Shown piece after piece: positions 38,855-48,000 of a DNA stretch of 64,000 bases. Under the pieces are notes generated by a model, which saw only the letters and a list, made by a program, of their open reading frames with translations, was not told the origin of the DNA and searched no databases. Source of the DNA: Candidatus Doudnabacteria bacterium (GTDB lineage: Bacteria > Patescibacteriota > Doudnabacteria > UBA920). Position 1 is the first letter of the stretch; the number at the start of each line of letters is the position of its first letter. The position numbers and the translations under genes are program-made. The stretch is taken from the NCBI GenBank assembly GCA_963837465.1, contig CAWINB010000004.1:10853-74852 (forward strand), read 5' to 3'.

Positions 38855-40141
38855 CTATCCGCCAGCGGCCATTTTTTGATGTTCCTTAAGTTTAATGTTT
38901 TTAAATACTGCTGACTTTGCTTCCTGCATAAGTTTTGCCCATCCGTTATGGCTGTGGCCGGTGCTGATGTCATCCAGTTGTTTTTCCGTCCGTCCTGGGG
39001 CAAGGTAGCGTGTCCAATTATCCAGAGTCTTCAGTTTGGCATAGGGAGTTAAGTAAATATCATATTTTTTCTTTTCCTTGCCCTTATGGTCAACCGTGGT
39101 GGTGGCAAAGCCGCAGGGTCTGTGGAAGTTCAGGTAAGGGTTAAAAAACTTCTGGTAAAATTCGTTAATCTCCTGCGCGTAGGTTTTCGGGATATGAGTG
39201 TAGCCCATATACTTTCTGATGACACTGCCGTTCTTGCTTTCCACTAAGGCATTGTCATTGCAGTGCCTGCTTCGTGATTTTGTCTGTTTAATAACTAACC
39301 TTCTAAGAATATCAGCTACCGTGTAATTAATGTTCTCGCTACCGTTGTCAGAGTGGAAGTTAATTACTGTAAAGGGAAACATTTGCTGCAACTGTTCAAA
39401 TATGGGTTTTAAATGCAGCTCGGAAATCGTTTCCACACAGAAGACCATTTCCCATTGGGTGACTTCATCCACCAGGTTTAAGTGGTAAATACCTTTCTCA
39501 TACTTGCCCAAAGCCAGCTTACGGTCGCCCTGATGCACGGTATCCACCCGCAGATAGCCCGGAATGCCCATATTGTCGGGTCTTCTTCTAATACCAATCG
39601 GGGTGCTTACTGGATCGGTTATGGTAAAGGTGGTGGAGTGGCTGGTGTAAATTCTTTTAACTCGCAGATTGTAGATATGGGAAACGGAAATATCTTTTAG
39701 TCTTTTAAACCGTTCGTCACCGAATATTTCATATTCAGCCATTAGGATCTGTTTGGTGGCATGGGCATTCATTCGTTGGTGCAGATTATCGGTTTCAGCC
39801 AGCAATAGTATTTCTGCCGGGCCATAAACAGTAACAAACCGGTTTTTCTTGCCCCAATTCGGGGACAAGGCCACTAACCCACTTCCTCTCTTGTTGGTAA
39901 TCAGTCGTTTTAGCTGTCTGCCCGACATGCCGGTCATCCGTTGGATATATTCCTTAATCTGCCCCTTGTCTTTTTTGCCTTTAAGCCGGACATAGCCAAA
40001 CTTGTTTAAGACGTTGTTAATCCATTCATATTTCTCCTTTCTGGAAACTGAGGTAAAATTAATTGCTGTATTGACCTTTAGAAATTCCTTGATTTGAGCT
40101 ATGCTCGTAACGCTTAAGTCTGTCATATCGATTGTCATCAA
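38855..40141 (-). CDS. DDE transposase, integrase catalytic core (IS481/ISNCY-like)
   Basis: FHSDNGSE and CNDNALVESKN motifs of the rve fold. 428 aa. Confidence 0.65.
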   Translation of the reverse strand: MMTIDMTDLSVTSIAQIKEFLKVNTAINFTSVSRKEKYEWINNVLNKFGYVRLKGKKDKGQIKEYIQRMTGMSGRQLKRLITNKRGSGLVALSPNWGKKNRFVTVYGPAEILLLAETDNLHQRMNAHATKQILMAEYEIFGDERFKRLKDISVSHIYNLRVKRIYTSHSTTFTITDPVSTPIGIRRRPDNMGIPGYLRVDTVHQGDRKLALGKYEKGIYHLNLVDEVTQWEMVFCVETISELHLKPIFEQLQQMFPFTVINFHSDNGSENINYTVADILRRLVIKQTKSRSRHCNDNALVESKNGSVIRKYMGYTHIPKTYAQEINEFYQKFFNPYLNFHRPCGFATTTVDHKGKEKKKYDIYLTPYAKLKTLDNWTRYLAPGRTEKQLDDISTGHSHNGWAKLMQEAKSAVFKNIKLKEHQKMAAGG

Positions 40142-40210
40142 GTCAGTGTGGCAGGCTTATGCTCTTTGTACAGCTTCCGGGCAACCCTCCGGTTTCAGCA
40201 ATTGGGGTAC

Positions 40211-40230
40211 CGTCCTCCTTTAGAGGCTGT
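40211..40230. repeat. truncated copy C of the dispersed motif (TTAGAGGCTGTCTCAAAGAT) abutting the IS end
   Basis: Matches the first 20 nt of copies A/B. It then runs straight into the IS inverted repeat AGGGGCCATGT. Confidence 0.55.
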
Positions 40231-40353
40231 CTCAAAGATAGGGGCCATGTTCCATTGTATAAGACTGATAGTTTACAAACCATCTTAAATATGCTATAAT
40301 CAGTATATCAACATTTAATGGCCCGTTAAATGGGCTGGAAATAAAAAATAAAA

Positions 40354-40677
40354 ATGGACACGAATATGCAAGGCCAACACCCACAAAGCGGCTGCAATTG
40401 CGGCATGTGCCAGATGCACCGCAACTTTTTTTTGCGCTGGATTTTGGGACTAATAATCCTGGCTATGGTTTTTTGGGTCGGGGTTAAAATAGGCGAATTT
40501 AAAGCCGGCTATTTTGAATACCAAAACTATCCGATGATGATGAATTCCTACTCCCCCGGCATGATGACGCGTCACAGCTACGGCGGCAGCGGTATGATGC
40601 AAACCGGATCTGGCGGCATGGATGGAATGGGCAACATGGATATGGGTACTGCGCCCGCCACTTCAACAGGAAAATAA
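40354..40677 (+). CDS. small Met/Gly-rich membrane protein
   Basis: One TM helix (WILGLIILAMVFWVGV), then GMM/GSG-rich tail. Confidence 0.35.
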   Translation: MDTNMQGQHPQSGCNCGMCQMHRNFFLRWILGLIILAMVFWVGVKIGEFKAGYFEYQNYPMMMNSYSPGMMTRHSYGGSGMMQTGSGGMDGMGNMDMGTAPATSTGK

Positions 40678-40697
40678 TCTCTGCTTAATTTTGCAAT

Positions 40698-40730
40698 AAA
40701 ATACCTCCCGCTAAGGCGGGAGGTATTTTA
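40698..40730 (+). terminator. hairpin AATACCTCCCGC-taag-GCGGGAGGTATT plus T-run
   Basis: Perfect 12-bp stem followed by TTTATTAT. Confidence 0.7.
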
Positions 40731-40957
40731 TTATCCTAAAACCCCAATACCCTTAAACCCTTGAAAAAACTAGCTTCTTATGATAAAATTGCCTAAGTTG
40801 ACTGGGTTTGGGGTTTTTAAATCTTATTACAATCATCTACCATCTACGCCGAAACGTTCCCGGATAAAACATCGGCCAGGAAAAGGGAAATATTTTTAAA
40901 AAAGAGTTTTAAGGCACGGGAAAATATTTTGAAAAATTTATAAATATTTTCTTTTGC

Positions 40958-41032
40958 GGCGCTATCATCTAACGGTTAGGATAAGTGGTTTTCATCCACT
41001 AAATCGGGGTTCGACTCCCCGTAGCGCTACCA
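40958..41032 (+). tRNA. tRNA-Glu (anticodon TTC)
   Basis: Hand-folded cloverleaf. Acceptor GGCGCTA/TAGCGCT (one G-U). D-arm ATCT/GGAT with GG in the loop. Anticodon stem AGTGG/CCACT, loop TTTTCAT (U33, anticodon TTC, A37). T-arm CGGGG-TTCGACT-CCCCG. Discriminator A, encoded CCA. Confidence 0.8.
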
Positions 41033-41049
41033 AAGAAAATATTTATAAG

Positions 41050-41146
41050 CTAACGGTTAGGATAAGTGGTTTTTCCGCCGGAGGCGGACCCGCCTCCGGC
41101 GGGCATCCACTAAACCTGGGGTTCGATTCTCCGTACCGCTACCAAG
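41050..41146 (+). pseudogene. partial duplicate of tRNA-Glu (D-loop to 3' end) carrying a 30-nt palindromic insertion in the anticodon loop; probable att-site remnant
   Basis: TAACGGTTAGGATAAGTGG-TTTTT-[CCGCCGGAGGCGGACCCGCCTCCGGCGG]-GCAT-CCACT...GGTTCGATTCTCCGTACCGCTACCA. The 5' acceptor strand is absent. T-arm diverged from the intact copy 17 nt upstream. Confidence 0.65.
41074..41103. repeat. 30-nt GC-rich palindromic element, copy 1 (in pseudo-tRNA)
   Basis: TCCGCCGGAGGCGGACCCGCCTCCGGCGGG. 28/30 identical to copy 2 at 57030-57059. Confidence 0.8.
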
Positions 41147-42630
41147 ACCAAACTTTCAGACAATTTAGATTTATTTTCCAGGGCTGCCTTAAGGGCAGCC
41201 CATTGTGTCTGCGGGACAAATTCAATTTTTTGATTTTTTAAAAACAGGTTCGAACCGAAAATTTTTTGTGCAGCCGATTTTTTGGGGTGCAGTTCGGGCG
41301 AAAGCGTTATTTCGCCCAATTTTTCTGCGTCTTTGAGCCATTGCGTCAGGGGTTCAAACCAGGCAGCCCGCTTTTGTTCAAGACGAGCTATTTGCTCCTC
41401 CAAAGACTTCTTTTCCAAGACCAGGCCATTCTTCTGTTCCCGGTAGTTATCCCTCTCAATATCCTGGTCTAAATACATATCCTGAAGTCTTTGGAGCCTG
41501 TGGTCAATGTCCCCAATTTTTGACCGCAGCTCTTGAACAAAAGCCGCCGTGGATTGTGTTGATTCCTGCCGTTTTTTCTCGGCCATAATTAACAATTTTT
41601 CTGCCCAATCTTTGGGCATGACAAATTGCTTTAAAGTTTCTGAAAGCTTGCTGATTAATACCTCGTCCCTGACAAACGGCTGGGAGCAAACAACATTTCT
41701 TTTAGTGCAATGGTAATAGACATAACGGTGGATATTGCCATTTTTTTGTTGTTTAGTCCTTTGCTCGGCCGTAACCCCACGGCCGCATTCGCCACAGTGG
41801 AATAAACCACAGAGTAGCTGGGGATTATTTTTAGTTTCCTTATGCGGCCGACCCCGATAGGCTAAAACCTCTTGGACTTTATCAAACAATTGTTTGCTAA
41901 CAATCGGCTCGTGCTTACCTTGGTATAATTCTCCGCCAAAACGGAATAAGCCACAGTAGATAGGATTAGACAAAAGGTAGGAAATTTTATCCCGTTTGAA
42001 AAGCTTATTGCCTCTAGAAATTAATCCATGACTTTTAAAAAATTCCCCTATATCCTCCAAACGGGATTGATCTTTGGCGTACAGCTCGAAAGCGGCCTTA
42101 ACAATTAGGGTTTTTCTTTGGTCAATAGCTATTTTTTTAGTTCTTAAATCATTAATGTAGCCAATGGGAGCAAGTCCCGGATATTCGCCCCGTTTGGCTT
42201 TTTCGTGCATGCCACGTTTAGTGTTTGCGCTTAAGTCACGTACGTATTGGTTAGCTATTCCAAACTCCATTTGCATCATTAAAACATTATCAGCCGAGTA
42301 ATAGCTTTTATCATGGGTTTGAATGTGCTGGATTATACCCTCTTGCAACATCCAGCTAATTTGGGCGGCATCCACAGGATTGCGGGCTAACCTGTCCAGC
42401 TTCCAGCAAACTATGCCTTGAGCTTCACCTTTGTTAATGCGGACAAGCATATCAGTAAATACAGGGCGACCTGGTCTTTTGGCCGACTGTTTTTCAACAA
42501 ATTCGGAGGCAATATTTAAGCCCTGTTCTTTTGTTAAGGCCCTCAAAACAGCAAGCTGATCTTCAATAGACCGGACTTGCTTGTCTTCTACATCTGTGGA
42601 TTTACGGGCGTAGAGGAAATAATTTGGCAT
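41110..42630 (-). CDS. large serine recombinase no. 2
   Basis: Catalytic-Ser motif YARKSTDVEDKQ. Recombinase domain. Zinc ribbon CGLFHCGECG...YYHC. Coiled-coil. The last ~37 codons lie inside inverted repeat IR1, and the ORF runs into the pseudo-tRNA. Confidence 0.75.
   Translation of the reverse strand: MPNYFLYARKSTDVEDKQVRSIEDQLAVLRALTKEQGLNIASEFVEKQSAKRPGRPVFTDMLVRINKGEAQGIVCWKLDRLARNPVDAAQISWMLQEGIIQHIQTHDKSYYSADNVLMMQMEFGIANQYVRDLSANTKRGMHEKAKRGEYPGLAPIGYINDLRTKKIAIDQRKTLIVKAAFELYAKDQSRLEDIGEFFKSHGLISRGNKLFKRDKISYLLSNPIYCGLFRFGGELYQGKHEPIVSKQLFDKVQEVLAYRGRPHKETKNNPQLLCGLFHCGECGRGVTAEQRTKQQKNGNIHRYVYYHCTKRNVVCSQPFVRDEVLISKLSETLKQFVMPKDWAEKLLIMAEKKRQESTQSTAAFVQELRSKIGDIDHRLQRLQDMYLDQDIERDNYREQKNGLVLEKKSLEEQIARLEQKRAAWFEPLTQWLKDAEKLGEITLSPELHPKKSAAQKIFGSNLFLKNQKIEFVPQTQWAALKAALENKSKLSESLVLVAVRRIEPQV
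41140..41252. repeat. inverted repeat IR1, left copy (113 bp)
   Basis: taccaagaccaaactttcagacaattt...aaaaacaggttcg. Reverse-complement identical to 44463-44575. Confidence 0.85.
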
Positions 42631-42854
42631 AAATTTTACTCTTAAAAATTAAAGGGGCAGTCCTGGCTACCCAGCTCCACCAAAACGAGTTTGGATTTGC
42701 TGGCAGGACTGCCACCTCAATAGCAAAAGGGCAAAATAAAATCGCTTTGGGATATAGAACTGGGTAGCAAGGATATTATACCATATATAAAATTTTCAGC
42801 AATTATTTCAGTTAGTTTTTGGCAATTTCGTCCTAAAAAGAGTAAAATTTTAGC

Positions 42855-44375
42855 ATGAGTCTTTACGATAACTATAAACCACTAAGAAATAACCTAAGAC
42901 GGCTTGAACTTTTTGATTCACTGTACGTAATTTGGGCGTACGCCCAACATCTACAATTTGGCAATCCATTCCCAGACAATATTCAAGTATGGAATAAATT
43001 TGTAAATAATGCCACGGAAATGCCACGAGAGACGTACCTATCCCCTTGGGACTTAGAGACTTTAACACGCGAATTAATACTACACGCCCCTATTGGCAAC
43101 AACTTATCAGATAAAAGCTTGCGCAAATGGGATAATTTAGCTAATACAAAAAATAAATTCAGGGAACTAGAGAATCAAATAGGCGCAGAATTTGTGAATA
43201 AAGATAATATATTAATGGAAATGTTTCGAATTGCCCACCGGCAGTTTTTGTGGCAAATTCACCCAAGCCAAATTTATATGTACAGGTACTACAGAATTTT
43301 TGGTTCTGAGGAAATGGGAAAAATTGTAGAAAATAAACTGGGTGTCACTACATACAAATTACACCTCGTTGGTACGGCCCTATTGGGCCATTTTTTGGGA
43401 AGCAATATTTTACGTTACCCAATAAGGGTTGAAATTCCCAGCGTAAACGCTGACATGCTAAAAGAGGTAATAGCCTTAAGTTCTTCCGAATTAGAAAATA
43501 TACGGGAAAAACTTCAGGGAGAATCCACGTTGGATGAAAAATTTTCTTATGCAAATTACGCGTTACGGGCTCACCCACTTATCAAAACTAAAATTCAAGG
43601 TCAGGATGTACTAATTTGCCCATTGCCCACCCTTTTATATTGGCGGTATACTAGCGGGCTTTATTATGAACTTTACAATGAAAACGGGTTTGATAACGCT
43701 TTTGGTGGTTCATTCCAAAACTACGTTGGAGAAGTGCTCAGAAAAGCAAACCCCAACCAACAAGTTATCCCATCAATGAAATTTGATAAGACATCAAAAG
43801 AAACAATTGACTGGATTTTGTCTGAAGACGAATCGGCTTTATTCATTGAATGCAAAATGAAACGGTTGCCTGTTCCGGTCAAGATGGAGTTAAACAACAC
43901 TGGCCCGCTGGATGGACAACTGGACACAATAACAAATATAATTTTGCAAGTTTACAAAACTATTAAGGACTACAAAGAAAATAAATACCCAAATTTTCCA
44001 TACCAAAAAGATAGGGTTATATTCCCTTTAATTTTAACCTTGGAGGACTGGTACTGGTTTCCTGATGTCATAGAGGCAAAATTAAACACCATGCTTGAAG
44101 ACAAATTTAAAGCGAGCGGTATCCCTATAGAATGGCTGGACGAAATACCTTATTCACTTTGCTCAATAAATGAATTTGAGAACATGGCGCAAATTATTAA
44201 CAAAGTAGGTATTAAAAATTTTATGGACAAAAAGCTTACCAATAAAGAAAAGAGGCGCTGGCATTTTGGCCCGTTTATGGTTAAGGAATTTCCAAAAGAA
44301 TATTCTGCCAAAAAATTCTTGTTTGAAAAGGAATTTAACAATGAATTTCCAGTAAAGGGAAGCGATGTAGTCTAA
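42855..44375 (+). CDS. hypothetical 506-aa cytoplasmic protein with PD-(D/E)xK-like motif (candidate nuclease cargo)
   Basis: No signal peptide. The segment IDWILSEDESALFIECKMK fits D-x13-E-x-K spacing of the restriction-endonuclease-like fold. Otherwise unrecognised. Confidence 0.4.
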   Translation: MSLYDNYKPLRNNLRRLELFDSLYVIWAYAQHLQFGNPFPDNIQVWNKFVNNATEMPRETYLSPWDLETLTRELILHAPIGNNLSDKSLRKWDNLANTKNKFRELENQIGAEFVNKDNILMEMFRIAHRQFLWQIHPSQIYMYRYYRIFGSEEMGKIVENKLGVTTYKLHLVGTALLGHFLGSNILRYPIRVEIPSVNADMLKEVIALSSSELENIREKLQGESTLDEKFSYANYALRAHPLIKTKIQGQDVLICPLPTLLYWRYTSGLYYELYNENGFDNAFGGSFQNYVGEVLRKANPNQQVIPSMKFDKTSKETIDWILSEDESALFIECKMKRLPVPVKMELNNTGPLDGQLDTITNIILQVYKTIKDYKENKYPNFPYQKDRVIFPLILTLEDWYWFPDVIEAKLNTMLEDKFKASGIPIEWLDEIPYSLCSINEFENMAQIINKVGIKNFMDKKLTNKEKRRWHFGPFMVKEFPKEYSAKKFLFEKEFNNEFPVKGSDVV

Positions 44376-44462
44376 AGCCACGCGGTGGGTTGGGTGGGTC
44401 AAGTGGCTTTGCGTTTTGGTGTTAATTGCGTTCTGCGGCCCCCAAAAAATCTTCCCTGTTCC

Positions 44463-44575
44463 CGAACCTGTTTTTAAAAAATCAAAAAATTGAATTTGTC
44501 CCGCAGACACAATGGGCTGCCCTTAAGGCAGCCCTGGAAAATAAATCTAAATTGTCTGAAAGTTTGGTCTTGGTA
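44463..44575. repeat. inverted repeat IR1, right copy (113 bp)
   Basis: cgaacctgtttttaaaaaatcaaaaaattgaatttgtcccgcagacacaatgggctgcccttaaggcagccctggaaaataaatctaaattgtctgaaagtttggtcttggta. Exact reverse complement of 41140-41252 as far as I can align by eye. Confidence 0.85.
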
Positions 44576-44934
44576 CCTTTATTCGATATTTTACAAACCT
44601 ATTATACCCAAAACAGCTAATTTTGGCCACCCAATTTAGCCTGTTTTAGCTGCCAAAATTAGCCAGCTAGGTGGTAGAACGGGTAGTAGAACAGGGTTCT
44701 ACCACTAAAACTCATAAACCCCTTGATTCTATTGACTCTGTCCCAAACAAAAACCGCGGACTACCTACCACCAGGTAATCAACTGAACGACCAATACTAC
44801 TACTAACTCTAATACTAAAATACCTTAAAAATACTACTCAAAATACATAAATCTTAACCAACTAACTAAACTAATCTAAACCAAAACACAAAAAACATCA
44901 AAACCTAAAAATCAATACAAAAGGGTGTGGGGGG
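44572..44934. repeat. inverted repeat IR2, left copy (~362 bp), contiguous with IR1 right copy
   Basis: ggtacctttattcgatattttacaaacc...aaaagggtgtggggg. Reverse complement of 50620-50981 with at least one mismatch (T/C at ~44676). Confidence 0.8.
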
Positions 44935-45015
44935 TTATACGTCTAAAACCCCAAGGAAACAAAAAAGGATTGTTAAATTAGCGCCAAACGATTTATCATC
45001 AACATAGAAAAAACT

Positions 45016-45036
45016 ATCCATTGCTGGATAGTTTTT
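45016..45036 (-). terminator. hairpin CTATCCA-ttgc-TGGATAG with A-run/T-run flanks (bidirectional)
   Basis: Perfect 7-bp stem, 40 nt 3' of the giant gene stop. Confidence 0.5.
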
Positions 45037-45072
45037 TCTTACGCGCTCAAGCGAGACGTTTTTATTCTTTTG

Positions 45073-48000
45073 TTATCTTAAGTTGTTAATAAAACTTCTG
45101 GTTAGAGTGTCTAGTGCCCCATTATCGGCCTTAATCCCAATTTGCGTTTTGTACTTGTTTTGGAAACTCTTTAAAGCTGCTTTAGTCGCAAGGCCAAACA
45201 AAGTAGTTTCGTGTCCAGGAGAACCAATTGCTCCATTTGGGGCAACAGCGAAGTTATTATTGTTTAAGAACTGCTGCAAAGCCGTAACGTCCACCCCTTT
45301 GCTTAAGTAGCCAAGGTTTCGGGTAAAGATTATGGTGGCAGGAATGAGGCCAGTAGATTGGTTAGTTGCGGCCGGAGCTGGACTGGACAGAGCGGTTTGG
45401 CCCAGGACCTGGCTGGCTGTTTCTGACTCTATGGTATACGGGGCTTTGGAGCCTCTTAGTACAGTTAATTTCTCCCCACTTTGGCTTTGATATTGCTGGA
45501 AGCTCAAGAAAGTATCAAAAGGATATAAGCCATTAGGCTTAACCAGGTAGATAGTCGGGTTGCCTTTAAACTGTAATAGCTGGCCATCGTGGACATTGTA
45601 TGGTAGGACTACGGTAACAGAGGGTGATATATTGGTTGTTGGTGGAGTTGGTAATATTAGGTATGGAATGGATGTCGGAGTCGAAGTTGGCGATGGTGCC
45701 ACAGTTCCTGCCAAGGTCAGGGTGGTGAATGTATAATCTCCGGAAACATTAAACTGTAAGTTAGGGTCTTTAACCCTAAAATGGTACAAAGTGGCCGGGT
45801 TTAGGCTGGTTAAGATAAGGCTATGGCTTGTTGCGGGTGTAGAACTAGAAACAGTTGAACCGTAAGAGGAGGTTGTGCCATAGTCTACAGAGGAGCCAAT
45901 TTGATAATTGGTTTGCCAGGACACAATTATTGAAGTAGGTGTTGTATTGGAAACCTGGACGTTGCTGAAACTGGCATAAATAGCACCTCCGCCTCCGCCG
46001 GAACTCACTACATTCGTGGAGCAGGATACGGACACATTGGTAATGTTAGATGAGGCTACCGTACCGCTGCCATTAGTTACGTTACAGGTTTGGCCTGATG
46101 GCTGAGTTAAAACCGTAACATTGTATGTGCCGCCGGTGCTGGTGGCTGTGGCGAAAATAAAGCTAGTATTAGTTGTAGTGCTTATATTATTTCCGCCATT
46201 ATTCTGTAAAACAACAGTCCCAGTTAAGCCAGAAATATTACCGCCAATTGTGTAGGTAGGATTATTGGAACACGAAACTGAAACGTTGCTCACGTTCGCG
46301 GAAGATACTGTGCCACTACCATTGGTGACACTACAGGTTTGACCGCTAGGCTGGGTCAAAACAGTTACAGAATAACTGGCACTATTGTTTAAAGCTGTGG
46401 CAAAAATAAATGAGCCATTGGTGGAAGTGCTGTAGTTATCTCCCCCGTTATCCTGGAGGACCACGGTGCCGGACAGGCCAGAAATGGTGCCACCGATGGT
46501 GTAGGTTGTAGAAGAAGATTGATAAGCGCCAATATCGGGGGATGAACTGTAAAGGACTTGAGTACCGCTAGAATTTTTATAGAGATAAACCGGATTTCCC
46601 GAAGACCTAGTTATTGGACTAGCCAATGTTATAACATTGGTTGAATAATTAATTGAGGAGATTTGTACTGTAGTGGCTGAGCCTACCCTAATCCAGTCGG
46701 CATTTACTATCCCTGAACCATCGGAAAAGAACCCGGCGTCATTAACAACCAACGAAGTTCCAGAGCCTGTGTCAGAGTTCGCTACTGTTGTAAGGTAAGT
46801 TCCAGCGCCGCGGGCTGGGGAAGAATTTTGCAGTTGAAAATTCCCTGATGGTGGAGTGGCTACGTTTGTCAAAAGTGGATCTTGGTTAAGTACAACTCCT
46901 GATTCTGAAGACAAACTGCTCTGCCATGAGCCAGAATAGCCTTGGTTAAAAACAAGTGTGTTACCACTAATTGTAGGCGAAGAGCTGGCATCAGTTAAAA
47001 TATCATAATATCCATTTACAATATCGTTGTACAGAAGATTATTAAGCCACGCCCCACCGGTAGCTCCTACTCCAGGCATATAGTTCCAAGAAGCTGTATA
47101 GTCTGGTGGTAAGACTGTATTAATAATATCATTATTATAAACTTTTGATTGTGGTATGCCCTGACTAAGTACGAAGTAACCACCGCTTCCATAATAGGTA
47201 TTAAATCTGGTAATTACTCCTGTTGGATTATCAACAGTTGGAGTCTCGGCCTGTAGTAAAGAAAAATGAGTATTGTACTCAGGGGTGTTATACATGACGT
47301 TATTCTCCATCAGCAGATGAATTAATGGCGTCCCTGTAACGTCCCATGTTTGCATTCCGTCAAGATGGGCGGTTGTTGTCGCCGCATATGAATATGTTCC
47401 AGTAGTTCCGGCAAATGGGGTATAAAGAGTCAAGGATGTGCTACTGCTTATTGATAAAATAGAATATACAAGGCTACCAATTGAAATTGCGTATACATTA
47501 CCACCAGCCCAACTGGAATCAAATACTGTTCCCGATGCCCATGTGACTGTAGTGCTGCCATTAGTAACATTCACAGTACCCATGGTTGAAACAAAATCTG
47601 TGCTGGCGCTATCATGCCAAGTATTATTGCGCAACACATCGTAAGAGCCATGAACATGCGTGTAATCTAAAACATGCGAAATATCGTTTGAGTCAATCAA
47701 ATTATAGTTTCCATATACATCAATTCCATATGTACCGGACGCGTTATACCCTGCCCAAGAAATTGTGTTGTTGGAAATTGTACAGTAATTCGAATTATTG
47801 CTTGGGTTATACGGCGATTGGTTAAATCCTACACCAAATCCTCCGGTATAGCTTATAATATTATTGCTGACAATGACGTGTGATGCGGCGATAAGCTGTA
47901 CACCTCTCAACCCAGCCGCATTATGATTACCAATATAAAATCCTTGAATTGCAATATAATTTTGGCCTGACACTACAAAAGCATTAACTAGCACGGTGTC

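Larger units (their letters stand above)
38843..40247 (-). mobile_element. insertion sequence with 14-bp terminal inverted repeats and one integrase-core (rve) DDE transposase gene
   Basis: Ends ACATGGCCCCTATC (38846-38859) and GATAGGGGCCATGT (40229-40242). Transposase ORF 38855..40141 lies between them. No clear target-site duplication seen. Confidence 0.6.

Noticed and set aside
41050-41146. Second tRNA as a functional intron-containing tRNA
   Set aside because: The 5' acceptor strand and proper D-stem are missing. The 28-nt insert is not a known bacterial tRNA intron type. It is better explained as an att-site remnant carrying a palindromic insertion.
40954-41241. ORF 40954..41241 (95 aa)
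   Set aside because: It lies entirely over the tRNA-Glu gene, its partial copy and IR1. It is a spurious translation of structural RNA and repeat sequence.
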